Assembly: GCA_002279005.1 (NCBI GenBank)
Contig: NCJS01000010.1
Span: forward strand, 1-63,310
DNA length: 63,310 nt
DNA from: Idiomarina sp. 34-48-12
GTDB taxonomy: Bacteria > Pseudomonadota > Gammaproteobacteria > Enterobacterales > Alteromonadaceae
Direction of reading: 5' to 3'
Shown: positions 8,591 through 17,139 of the stretch, one piece after another
Position numbering within the stretch: the first letter of the stretch is position 1
How the letters are laid out: the number at the start of each line of letters is the position of its first letter
Program-made: the position numbers and the translations under genes
Notes under the pieces: model-generated
The model's database searches: none
What the model was told of the DNA's origin: nothing
The model's input: the letters and a program-made list of their open reading frames with translations, nothing else

Positions 8591-10141
8591 ATGCGTTTGG
8601 AAATAACCTGCGATGATCGTCTGGGTATTGCTCAGGACGTGCTACAGATATTGCGTGACCACGAAATTGATCTGCGTGGTATTGAAGTCGATCCGAAAGG
8701 TAAAATCTTCCTGAACTTTCCTGAATTGGAATTTAAGGATTTTCAGCATTTGATGCCTGAAATTCGACGTATTCCGAACGTGAAAGACGTTAAAACCATC
8801 GCGATTCTGCCCTCTGAACGCGAGCACTTTGAATTTAAACTGCTACTTAGTAAGCTTCCAGATCCCATCTTATCGGTTGATAGCCGCGGCATGATCGATA
8901 TTGCCAACGATGCCGCGCAACAAGTTCTGAGTGACAATCGCACGGAGCTTGTGGGGACACTCATCGGTCAATGGTTAACCGGCTTCGCTGTACAGCGTTG
9001 GCTTGAGAAACAGCCGACAGAACCAACTGTTCAGCAAATAAGTGCTGGCGGCTCGAAGTATTTTGCCGATTTACTCCCAATCTGGGTTGCCGATGACGCG
9101 GGTAAGAATGGTTTTGCTGGCGCGGTAATTACCTGCAAACCGCAACCATTGGTTGAACAGTGGCAGCGCGGCGGCAATCATGATGTGTTCAAACAGATTC
9201 TGGGTGAGCACAGCAGCATGAAACGCTTGGTAAAAGAAGCCGCGCGTATGGCTGAACTAAACGTACCGTTACTAATTCAAGGTGAAACGGGTGTCGGCAA
9301 AGAGCTACTTGCTCGAGCTTGCCATCAAGCCAGCCATCGTGCAGATAAACCCTTTCTAGCAATTAACTGTGCTGCGTTGCCGGACAATGTGGCGGAAAGC
9401 GAATTATTTGGTCACGGTAAAGGCAGTCTAGGCCCATACACGGAAGCCAAAAAAGGCATTTTTGAGCAAGCGAACGGCGGTACTGTGTTGCTGGATGCTG
9501 TGGGTGAAATGTCGAATGGTTTGCAAGCGAAGCTATTGCGATTCATTCAAGATGGACGTTTCCGTCGCATTGGTGAAGAGCAAGAAGTGACGGTCGATGT
9601 ACGGATTATCTGCTCAGCGCAAGATGACCTCATCGAGCGCGTTGAAGCCGGCACCTTCCGCGAAGATCTATTTTATCGCCTGAATGTTTTAACGCTTCAA
9701 GTACCCTCGTTGCGTGAGCGCAAGTCAGACATCAGCCTGCTCACCGATCATTTCACTGTGCAAGCCTGTCAGCGCTTAGGTCGAAGTTTAGTGATGGTCA
9801 CCCGTGCGGCGCGCGAGGCGCTGCAGCGCTATCAGTGGCCGGGCAACGTACGCCAACTTGAAAACGTCCTATTCCGTTCTATTTCAATGTCGGAAGGCGA
9901 TACCCTCGATACCAGTGATATTCACCTTCCAGGGGCCGAAAGCTTACAAGAAAACGTGGCGGTTGATCTCGAAGAGGGCAGCTTGGACGAAGCGGTGAAG
10001 AAGTTTGAGGCAACGATTCTTCGGCGGTTGTATCCGAGTTATCCAAGCACGCGGCAGTTAGCGAAGAAGTTAGGGTTATCGCATACGGCGGTAGCGAATA
10101 AGCTTCGCGACTACGGCATCGGTAAAACCCGAAAAAGATAA
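8591..10141 (+). CDS. tyrR: TyrR/PhhR-family transcriptional regulator (ACT-PAS-AAA+-HTH)
   Basis: MRLEITCDDRLGIAQDVL ACT start, GETGVGKE, C-terminal YPSTRQLAKKLGLSHTAVANKLRDYGI; ATG 8591 preferred over 8525. Confidence 0.92.
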   Translation: MRLEITCDDRLGIAQDVLQILRDHEIDLRGIEVDPKGKIFLNFPELEFKDFQHLMPEIRRIPNVKDVKTIAILPSEREHFEFKLLLSKLPDPILSVDSRGMIDIANDAAQQVLSDNRTELVGTLIGQWLTGFAVQRWLEKQPTEPTVQQISAGGSKYFADLLPIWVADDAGKNGFAGAVITCKPQPLVEQWQRGGNHDVFKQILGEHSSMKRLVKEAARMAELNVPLLIQGETGVGKELLARACHQASHRADKPFLAINCAALPDNVAESELFGHGKGSLGPYTEAKKGIFEQANGGTVLLDAVGEMSNGLQAKLLRFIQDGRFRRIGEEQEVTVDVRIICSAQDDLIERVEAGTFREDLFYRLNVLTLQVPSLRERKSDISLLTDHFTVQACQRLGRSLVMVTRAAREALQRYQWPGNVRQLENVLFRSISMSEGDTLDTSDIHLPGAESLQENVAVDLEEGSLDEAVKKFEATILRRLYPSYPSTRQLAKKLGLSHTAVANKLRDYGIGKTRKR

Positions 10142-10142
10142 A

Positions 10143-10295
10143 AGCGTTACTCGTTATTCGTTATTGGTTATTGGTTATTCGTTAAAACAAAGACGATTAA
10201 CCAAAACCGTCGCACCGAGATGTGCGCAAATCCATAGCTAAAATCAACAGCGCCGCAATCTCACGAATAACGAATAACCAATAACGAATAACGCT
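10143..10295. repeat. Inverted pair of heptamer tandem arrays flanking a ~78-bp spacer
   Basis: Left arm 10143-10184 AGCGTTACT-CGTTATT-CGTTATT-GGTTATT-GGTTATT-CGTTA; right arm 10263-10295 A-CGAATAA-CGAATAA-CCAATAA-CGAATAA-CGCT. Confidence 0.9.
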
Positions 10296-10297
10296 GT

Positions 10298-10397
10298 TGT
10301 AGCTTTTTCTTTACAGCGCTGATGGCTTCTGTAATGAAATCATGACAGCTTTCGCTCGCCGTGCCAGCCTTTCTTGATCTGTATCAATATGTTTACA
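10298..10397. promoter_or_regulatory. Three TyrR/PhhR boxes upstream of hppD
   Basis: TGTAGC-N6-TTTACA 10298-10315; TGTAAT-N6-ATGACA 10330-10347; TGTATC-N6-TTTACA 10380-10397. Confidence 0.75.
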
Positions 10398-10544
10398 TCT
10401 TGCTGTTTTTCTGTGCAGCCAGCGGATGTAGGTGCTGAGCTGGCGATTCACCTCGTCTGTGCGCATAGTAGTATCGATTCATTCTTTGTTGTGCGTCATT
10501 TTAACGAGAAGAGAACCCACTATTTTTCGAATAACGAGGACACT

Positions 10545-11609
10545 ATGACTGATATTAACTACAACCCATTACAAACTGACGGTTTCGAATTCGTTGAATA
10601 TTCAGCGCCAGATGCGACCGGCATTGCGGCATTAAAAGATTTGTTCACGAAGCTTGGTTTCACTGAAGTTGCGAAACATAAAACCAAAGAAGCTTGGTTG
10701 TACAAGCAAAACGACATTAACTTCATTGTGAACGCTGAAACCGGTGGTCAAGCCGAAGAATTCGCGAAAGCCCATGGTCCGAGCGTTTGCGGTATGGCGT
10801 GGCGTGTGAAAGATGCGAAGCATGCGTTTGACCATGCTGTTGCCAATGGTGCGAAGCCGTTCCAGCGTCACACTGCCGCCGGTGAAGAAGAGTTCCCTGC
10901 AGTTTATGGTATCGGCGAAAGCGTGTTGTACTTTGTCGATAAAGATATCTATCCGAGCGATTTCAACTTCTATGACAACTGGGAAGCGAAGATGAAAGAT
11001 CACGCGGCTGGGTTGTATGAAGTTGATCACCTAACTCACAACGTATTCCGCGGCAACATGGATACTTGGGCTGGCTTTTATGAGCGCATCGGTAACTTCC
11101 GTGAAATTCGTTATTTCGATATCGAAGGTAAATTGACTGGCTTGTTGAGCCGCGCGATGACTGCACCATGCGGTAAGATTCGTATTCCAATTAACGAGTC
11201 ACACGATGACAAATCACAAATTGAAGAATACTTGCGTGAGTATAACGGCGAAGGTATTCAGCACATCGCATTAACGTCTGACGATATCTACAAAACGGTA
11301 CGTGACTTGCGCGCTATCGGTATGGATTTCATGCCAACGCCAGATACTTACTACGCGAAGATTGATGAGCGTGTTGAAGGCCACGAAGAGAGCGTTGACG
11401 AACTGCGTGAATTGCAGATTTTGATTGATGGCGCGCCAATGAAAGACGGTATTTTGCTGCAGATTTTCACGCAAACCGTCATTGGTCCAGTATTCTTCGA
11501 AATTATTCAGCGTAAAGGCAACGAAGGCTTCGGTGAAGGTAACTTCAAGGCCTTGTTTGAATCAATTGAAGAAGATCAAATCCGTCGTGGAGTATTAAGC
11601 GATGCGTAA
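10545..11609 (+). CDS. hppD: 4-hydroxyphenylpyruvate dioxygenase
   Basis: DGFEFVEY, DHLTHNV, GEGIQHIAL, FFEIIQRKGNEGFGEGNFKALFESIE; GAGGA RBS before ATG 10545. Confidence 0.97.
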   Translation: MTDINYNPLQTDGFEFVEYSAPDATGIAALKDLFTKLGFTEVAKHKTKEAWLYKQNDINFIVNAETGGQAEEFAKAHGPSVCGMAWRVKDAKHAFDHAVANGAKPFQRHTAAGEEEFPAVYGIGESVLYFVDKDIYPSDFNFYDNWEAKMKDHAAGLYEVDHLTHNVFRGNMDTWAGFYERIGNFREIRYFDIEGKLTGLLSRAMTAPCGKIRIPINESHDDKSQIEEYLREYNGEGIQHIALTSDDIYKTVRDLRAIGMDFMPTPDTYYAKIDERVEGHEESVDELRELQILIDGAPMKDGILLQIFTQTVIGPVFFEIIQRKGNEGFGEGNFKALFESIEEDQIRRGVLSDA

Positions 11610-12747
11610 ATGGATTAGCTTTCCGAAACAAGTTGGTGTGGCCTCGAAACAGGCTCACGCTGATTTTCCGGAGCAAGCGATCTTTGAACGCGAAGTAGGG
11701 CGTAGTGGTTTCTTTGGTCCCGCCACGCACTTTCATCATCGCCATGCTCCAACGGGTTGGAGTCATTGGGAAGGCGAGTTACGTCCGCGTAACTTCGACT
11801 TCAACAAACTTGATAACGTGGCAACGGAATCACCGTGGCAAGTGCCCATGTTGCTGCATAACGCCCAGTGTAAATTTCGCATTTGGCATTGCCATGAGCG
11901 CATGGACTTTTTGGTTCGTAATGCCGACGGCGATGAATTGCTGTTTATTCATGAAGGGCGTGGCGAGTTGTTTTGCGACTATGGTCACATCACCCTTGAA
12001 AAGGGTGATTATTTCTCGATTCCACGTTCGACCTCTTGGCGCATTGAGCCGCTTGAGCCGATGCAGATTGTGATGATTGAGGCGACCAACAGCGCTTATC
12101 AGTTACCAGAGAAAGGTCTGGTGGGTAATCATGCGATCTTTGATCCGGCATGCCTTGATACACCAGATATCGACGCGGCGTTTAAAGCGCAATACAGCGA
12201 AGATAGCTGGCAGGTTCACGTAAAGCGTCATGGCCAAATATCAGTGATTACCTATCCATTTAATCCGCTTGATGCCATTGGTTGGCACGGTGATTTAGCG
12301 CCAGTTCGGATTAATTGGCGTGATATTCGTCCGTTGATGAGTCACCGCTATCATTTACCACCGTCAGCGCATACAACATTTGTAGCCGATGGTTTTGTGG
12401 TATGTACATTTGTACCGCGCCCAATTGAATCTGATCCTGGCGCGTTAAAAGTACCGTTCTACCACAATAACGATGATTACGATGAAGTACTGTTCTACCA
12501 TGAAGGTGACTTCTTCAGTCGTGATAACATCGATAAAGGTATGGTAACCTTCCATCCAGCCGGGTTCACGCACGGGCCACATCCGAAGGCATTTCAGGCC
12601 GGTTTAGAGTATCGTAAAAAGTTCACCGATGAAGTTGCGGTGATGCTAGATACTCGCAATGCGCTAGAAATGGGCGATGTGTGTGCCAGCGTAGAAAACC
12701 CTGATTACGTAAATAGCTGGAAAGCTAAAGACGACAATAAGGCCTAA
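11602..12747 (+). CDS. hmgA: Homogentisate 1,2-dioxygenase
   Basis: RNADGDELLFIH, HLPPSAHTTF, VPFYHNNDDYDEVLFYH, HGPHP. Confidence 0.93.
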   Translation: MRKWISFPKQVGVASKQAHADFPEQAIFEREVGRSGFFGPATHFHHRHAPTGWSHWEGELRPRNFDFNKLDNVATESPWQVPMLLHNAQCKFRIWHCHERMDFLVRNADGDELLFIHEGRGELFCDYGHITLEKGDYFSIPRSTSWRIEPLEPMQIVMIEATNSAYQLPEKGLVGNHAIFDPACLDTPDIDAAFKAQYSEDSWQVHVKRHGQISVITYPFNPLDAIGWHGDLAPVRINWRDIRPLMSHRYHLPPSAHTTFVADGFVVCTFVPRPIESDPGALKVPFYHNNDDYDEVLFYHEGDFFSRDNIDKGMVTFHPAGFTHGPHPKAFQAGLEYRKKFTDEVAVMLDTRNALEMGDVCASVENPDYVNSWKAKDDNKA

Positions 12748-12753
12748 CGATTT

Positions 12754-13779
12754 ATGAAGTTTGCAACGTATCGAAATGGAACCCGTGACGGCCAACTAAT
12801 GTTGGTTAGTCGCGATTTAAAGAAAGCAGTTGCGGTACCCGCACTTGCTGCCACGTTACAAGAAGTATTAGATGACTGGGACGCGGTTGCGCCACAGTTA
12901 GAAAAAGCCTATCAAGCACTCAACAGTGGTGAGATTGCCGACGCTGAAGCGTTTGATGAGAGCCTTTGTGAATCACCATTACCGCGCGCTTATCAATGGG
13001 CAGACGGAAGTGCTTATGTGAATCACGTTGAGTTGGTGCGTAAAGCACGTAATGCAGAAATGCCGCCAAGCTTTTGGACGGATCCATTAATGTATCAAGG
13101 CGGGTCAGATGACTTCCTTGGGCCAAAAGATGCTATCGAGATGGCGGATACCTCATGGGGTATCGATTTTGAGGGCGAGATTGCGGTCATTACTGACGAT
13201 GTGCCAATGGGTGTTGAAGCCGCTGAAGCTGGTCAATATATCCGTTTACTCATGTTAGTAAACGATGTTTCGCTGCGTGGGCTCATTCCAAATGAATTAG
13301 GCAAAGGTTTTGGTTTCTTTCAGTCAAAACCATCATCAGCTTTTTCACCAGTTGCGGTAACGCCAGATGAGTTAGGCGAAAAATGGCGTGACAACAAGGT
13401 GCATTTGCCATTGTTGAGCTACTATAACGGGAAGCCTTTTGGTAAACCAAACGCTGGCGAAGACATGACCTTTGATTTCGCCCAGCTAGTAGCACATGCT
13501 GCGAAGACGCGTCATTTGGGTGCTGGTGCGATTATTGGCTCAGGCACTGTTTCAAATAAGCAAGGCACCGATCACGGTAGTGCTATTGCTGAAGGCGGAG
13601 TCGGCTACAGTTGTATTGCCGAAGTTCGGATGATTGAAACCATCCGTGACGGGCAACCGAGCACTGGGTTTATGCAATTTGGTGACACCATCAAAATTGA
13701 AATGACAGATGCGCAAGGCCACAGTATTTTTGGCAGCATTGACCAAAAAGTGGTTCAGTATTCGCCATCTGACGAATAA
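12754..13779 (+). CDS. Fumarylacetoacetate hydrolase family protein
   Basis: PLPRAYQWADGSAY, DFEGE, NDVSLR, GSGTVSN; between hmgA and maiA. Confidence 0.9.
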   Translation: MKFATYRNGTRDGQLMLVSRDLKKAVAVPALAATLQEVLDDWDAVAPQLEKAYQALNSGEIADAEAFDESLCESPLPRAYQWADGSAYVNHVELVRKARNAEMPPSFWTDPLMYQGGSDDFLGPKDAIEMADTSWGIDFEGEIAVITDDVPMGVEAAEAGQYIRLLMLVNDVSLRGLIPNELGKGFGFFQSKPSSAFSPVAVTPDELGEKWRDNKVHLPLLSYYNGKPFGKPNAGEDMTFDFAQLVAHAAKTRHLGAGAIIGSGTVSNKQGTDHGSAIAEGGVGYSCIAEVRMIETIRDGQPSTGFMQFGDTIKIEMTDAQGHSIFGSIDQKVVQYSPSDE

Positions 13780-13793
13780 TTGCGGAGTTGATT

Positions 13794-14435
13794 ATGGAGC
13801 TCTACGGCTACTGGCGTTCAAGCGCCAGTTACCGGGCGCGAATTGCGCTCAACTATAAGCAGTTAGACTACAACTACATTCCTGTACACCTCATTAAAGA
13901 AGGTGGCGAGCAACATAAGCAATCGTATCGTCAGCTTAATCCCAATGGGCTGGTGCCGACGTTAGTTGATGGCAGCGTGATTTTGCATCAATCGTTGGCA
14001 ATTATGGAGTATTTGGATGAGAAATATCCAGAGCCATCATTGTTGCCAGGAAATGCACAAAAGCGTGGTGCAATTCGGGCGCTTTCGTTAGATATCGCCA
14101 GTGAATTACAGCCGTTAATTAATTTGCGTGTGCAGCAGTATTTGGTGCGTGAATTAGGTGCTGATGACAATGCGAAGCAAGCGTGGTTGCAGCACTGGTT
14201 CCGTCAAAGCTTCACGGCATTTGAACGCAATCTCGAAGAAGTTGCCGGCAAGTATTGCGTCGGTGATGAATTCTCGATGGCTGATATCTGCTTAGTGCCG
14301 CAAGTGTATAGCGCTGAACGGTTTGGGATTTCTCTTGATGAGTATCCATTGTTGCGTGACGTCTATGCGCGCCTGATTGAGTTACCCTGGGTTGCCAAGG
14401 CCCATCCAAGTCAGCAACCCGATGCGGAAAGCTAA
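13794..14435 (+). CDS. maiA: Maleylacetoacetate isomerase (GST zeta)
   Basis: LYGYWRSSASYRARIAL, QSLAIMEYLDE, HPSQQPDA. Confidence 0.95.
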   Translation: MELYGYWRSSASYRARIALNYKQLDYNYIPVHLIKEGGEQHKQSYRQLNPNGLVPTLVDGSVILHQSLAIMEYLDEKYPEPSLLPGNAQKRGAIRALSLDIASELQPLINLRVQQYLVRELGADDNAKQAWLQHWFRQSFTAFERNLEEVAGKYCVGDEFSMADICLVPQVYSAERFGISLDEYPLLRDVYARLIELPWVAKAHPSQQPDAES

Positions 14436-14468
14436 CCGCAATTACCTTGAACTTCATCGCACAAAGTG

Positions 14469-14499
14469 AATGCCCAGCTCGTAAGTTGCTGGGCATTTT
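14469..14499 (+). terminator. Terminator after maiA
   Basis: AATGCCCAGC-N9-GCTGGGCATT-TT. Confidence 0.7.
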
Positions 14500-14565
14500 G
14501 CTTTAATAAAGCGACTTTAAAACATAGAGCTATTCAATAAGGCTTGATTAACAAGGACCATAACA

Positions 14566-17037
14566 ATGAAAACAAAAGTTGCAATAGCGATTGCCGCGGC
14601 TTTGATGAGTGCTTCATGCGCGATGACCGAGGCGCCGGCAGCACCACAACAAGTAACCCCGCCAACAGTGTTAGCGACCGCCGAAAATAATCAGGCCATT
14701 GCTGGTCAAGAGTTGACGTTAAAACAGATTATGTCGGATCAAGACTGGGTGGCACGTTCGCCAACCAATGCTTATTGGATGCTTGATGGTAGTGGTGTGT
14801 TGTATCAGCAAAAGCGCGAAGGCTCGCAAATTAGCGATTGGTATCATCAGCCGCTCGATAAAGAAGCCCATCAAGTGCCTTTAGATAAGTTGCATAACTA
14901 CGCTTACAATGATGGCATTTACAATGCGGATAAATCACTGTTGGCGTATACCTTTGAAGGTAATATTTTTGTACGTGATTTAACCAGCAATGAAACGCGC
15001 CAACTTACGCGTGATGAAGCACGTCAATCGCAATTGGTATTTCTAACCAGCGGTCACTTGGCCTTTCGTCAAGGGAATGACTTTTTCAGCGTTGACCCAC
15101 GTAGCGGTCTGACCAAGCAAATAGCTGCGTTAGCGTTGCGCGATGCGCCAAAAGCGAATAGCGAGCCGAAAGATTTTATCGCGCGCGAACAGCAAGATTT
15201 GATTGAGTTTGTGCAAGTTGAGCGCAAGAATAAAGCCGACCGTTTTGCACAACAGCAACAACTGCAAGCGACGAATTCGTCTTTAGCACCAGAGCCTTTT
15301 TATTTAGGTGAGGGAAAGCAAATTGTCGCAACCAGTTTGTCGCCAGCAGGCGATAAACTCATTGTCGCGATTAGCGCACCGCAAAAATGGCGCGAAGATG
15401 GCGATATTATGCCAAATTACGTGACTGAAGACGGTCGGGTTGCGGCTGAGCCAGTGCGTTCGCGCGTGGCTGATGCGAAGCCGGTTGAGCATGAAATATT
15501 GGTGCTTGATTTGGCATCCGGTGAGCAAACAACGCTAACATACAATACGTTGCCAGGTTGGAACGAAGATGTGCTGGCTGATGTACGCCGTGAGAACTAT
15601 GCAGCCGAAGGTAAAACCTATAAATCGGAGAAAAAGCCACGCCCAATTACATTGATGCAAGACTGGGGCTGGCAATCGGGTGCGATTCGTTGGACCGATG
15701 ACGGCCAACAGGCGGCGCTGATGCTAGAGGCGTGGGATAATAAAGATCGTTGGATTGCCTCGGTTGATTTCGCCGGTAAGCGTTTTGTAAGCCAAGACCG
15801 TTTGCATGACGACGCATGGATTAACTACACCCATAATGAATTTGGTTTCTTGCCTGATTCAGATACGTTGTGGTTCCAATCAGAAGCCGATGGTTACTCG
15901 CACTTATATGTGAAGCCATTAAACGGCAAAACAAAACAGCTGACGCGCGGTAAATACGTTGTTGAAGATCCAACGGTTAGCAGCAACGGTGAATTCATTT
16001 ACTTCAGTGCGAATAAACCGCATCCAGGTAATTACGAAATTTTCCGTGTACGCACTGATAATGCTGAACTTGAGCAATTGACGGCTTTAGGTGGTATCAA
16101 TAATTATGAGTTGAGCCCACAAGAAGATCGTTTATTGGTCAAGCACTCAACCGCGCTACAGCCTGAAGAGCTCTATGTGCAAAAGATTGGCACTGATACA
16201 GCGCAGCGTTTGACCAATACGGCGACTGGACAATTCATGAGCTTTGATTGGGTTGCGCCTGAAATTGTGCCAGTCCCGTCAAGCCATGTTGCTGATCCGA
16301 TTTATACCCGCGTCTATTACCCGAAAGATTATGATCCGAATCGTGCTGAGAAATATCCTGCTGTTGTGTTTATTCATGGCGCCGGTTATTTACAAAATGC
16401 GCATGCGGGTTGGTCAGGGTATCAGCGTGAGTTCATGTTCCATACGTTCCTAACTCAACAAGGTTATGTGGTACTGGATTTGGATTATCGCGGTTCAAAA
16501 GGCTATGGTCGTGATTGGCGTACAGCAATCTATCGTCAAATGGGCACGCCGGAAGTTGAAGATCTCGTTGATGTGGTGAAGTGGGCAGGTGAGAACACCA
16601 ATGTGGATACAAACCGGATGGGTACTTACGGTGGTTCTTACGGTGGTTTCTTGACGTTTATGGCGTTGTTCAATGAGCCTGGTTTATTTAAAGCGGGTTC
16701 GGCCTTACGTCCAGTGAGTGACTGGGCACATTATAATACGGGCTATACGTCAAACATTCTGAATCTGCCAGAAGACGACCCGATTGCATACCGTCGTAGC
16801 TCACCAATTTACTTCACCGAAGGTCTCGAAGATGCCTTGTTGATCAACTCGCCTATGGTTGATGATAATGTGTTCTTCCAAGATAGCGTTCGTTTAGTAC
16901 AGCGCTTAATTGAGCACGAAAAAGAAGACTTTGAAACGGCTATTTTCCCAGTGGAACCGCATGGCTTCCGTCAGCCATCGAGTTGGTTGGATGAATATCG
17001 TCGTATCTTTAAATTGTTCGAAGAGAACCTGAAGTAA
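14566..17037 (+). CDS. Exported S9 family (DPP-IV/acylaminoacyl peptidase-like) serine peptidase
   Basis: Signal peptide (possible lipobox SASC), propeller-like region, GGSYGG nucleophile, DDNV, EPHGF. Confidence 0.9.
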   Translation: MKTKVAIAIAAALMSASCAMTEAPAAPQQVTPPTVLATAENNQAIAGQELTLKQIMSDQDWVARSPTNAYWMLDGSGVLYQQKREGSQISDWYHQPLDKEAHQVPLDKLHNYAYNDGIYNADKSLLAYTFEGNIFVRDLTSNETRQLTRDEARQSQLVFLTSGHLAFRQGNDFFSVDPRSGLTKQIAALALRDAPKANSEPKDFIAREQQDLIEFVQVERKNKADRFAQQQQLQATNSSLAPEPFYLGEGKQIVATSLSPAGDKLIVAISAPQKWREDGDIMPNYVTEDGRVAAEPVRSRVADAKPVEHEILVLDLASGEQTTLTYNTLPGWNEDVLADVRRENYAAEGKTYKSEKKPRPITLMQDWGWQSGAIRWTDDGQQAALMLEAWDNKDRWIASVDFAGKRFVSQDRLHDDAWINYTHNEFGFLPDSDTLWFQSEADGYSHLYVKPLNGKTKQLTRGKYVVEDPTVSSNGEFIYFSANKPHPGNYEIFRVRTDNAELEQLTALGGINNYELSPQEDRLLVKHSTALQPEELYVQKIGTDTAQRLTNTATGQFMSFDWVAPEIVPVPSSHVADPIYTRVYYPKDYDPNRAEKYPAVVFIHGAGYLQNAHAGWSGYQREFMFHTFLTQQGYVVLDLDYRGSKGYGRDWRTAIYRQMGTPEVEDLVDVVKWAGENTNVDTNRMGTYGGSYGGFLTFMALFNEPGLFKAGSALRPVSDWAHYNTGYTSNILNLPEDDPIAYRRSSPIYFTEGLEDALLINSPMVDDNVFFQDSVRLVQRLIEHEKEDFETAIFPVEPHGFRQPSSWLDEYRRIFKLFEENLK

Positions 17038-17070
17038 ATTCAGATTCGTTCGAATCAAAAGAGAACGCCC

Positions 17071-17104
17071 ATAAAAAATCCCAGCGCTGAGCTGGGATTT
17101 TTAT
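17071..17104. terminator. Bidirectional terminator between the S9 peptidase and rne
   Basis: ATAAAAAATCCCAGC-GCTGA-GCTGGGATTTTTAT between convergent genes. Confidence 0.9.
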
Positions 17105-17139
17105 TTGTGGCGCAGATGACACTTACGGGCCGCCGCCAA

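Noticed and set aside
10374-10544. 57-aa N-terminal extension of HppD in the ORF track
   Set aside because: Overlaps a TyrR box and the promoter region; the ATG at 10545 has a GAGGA RBS and matches the family start.
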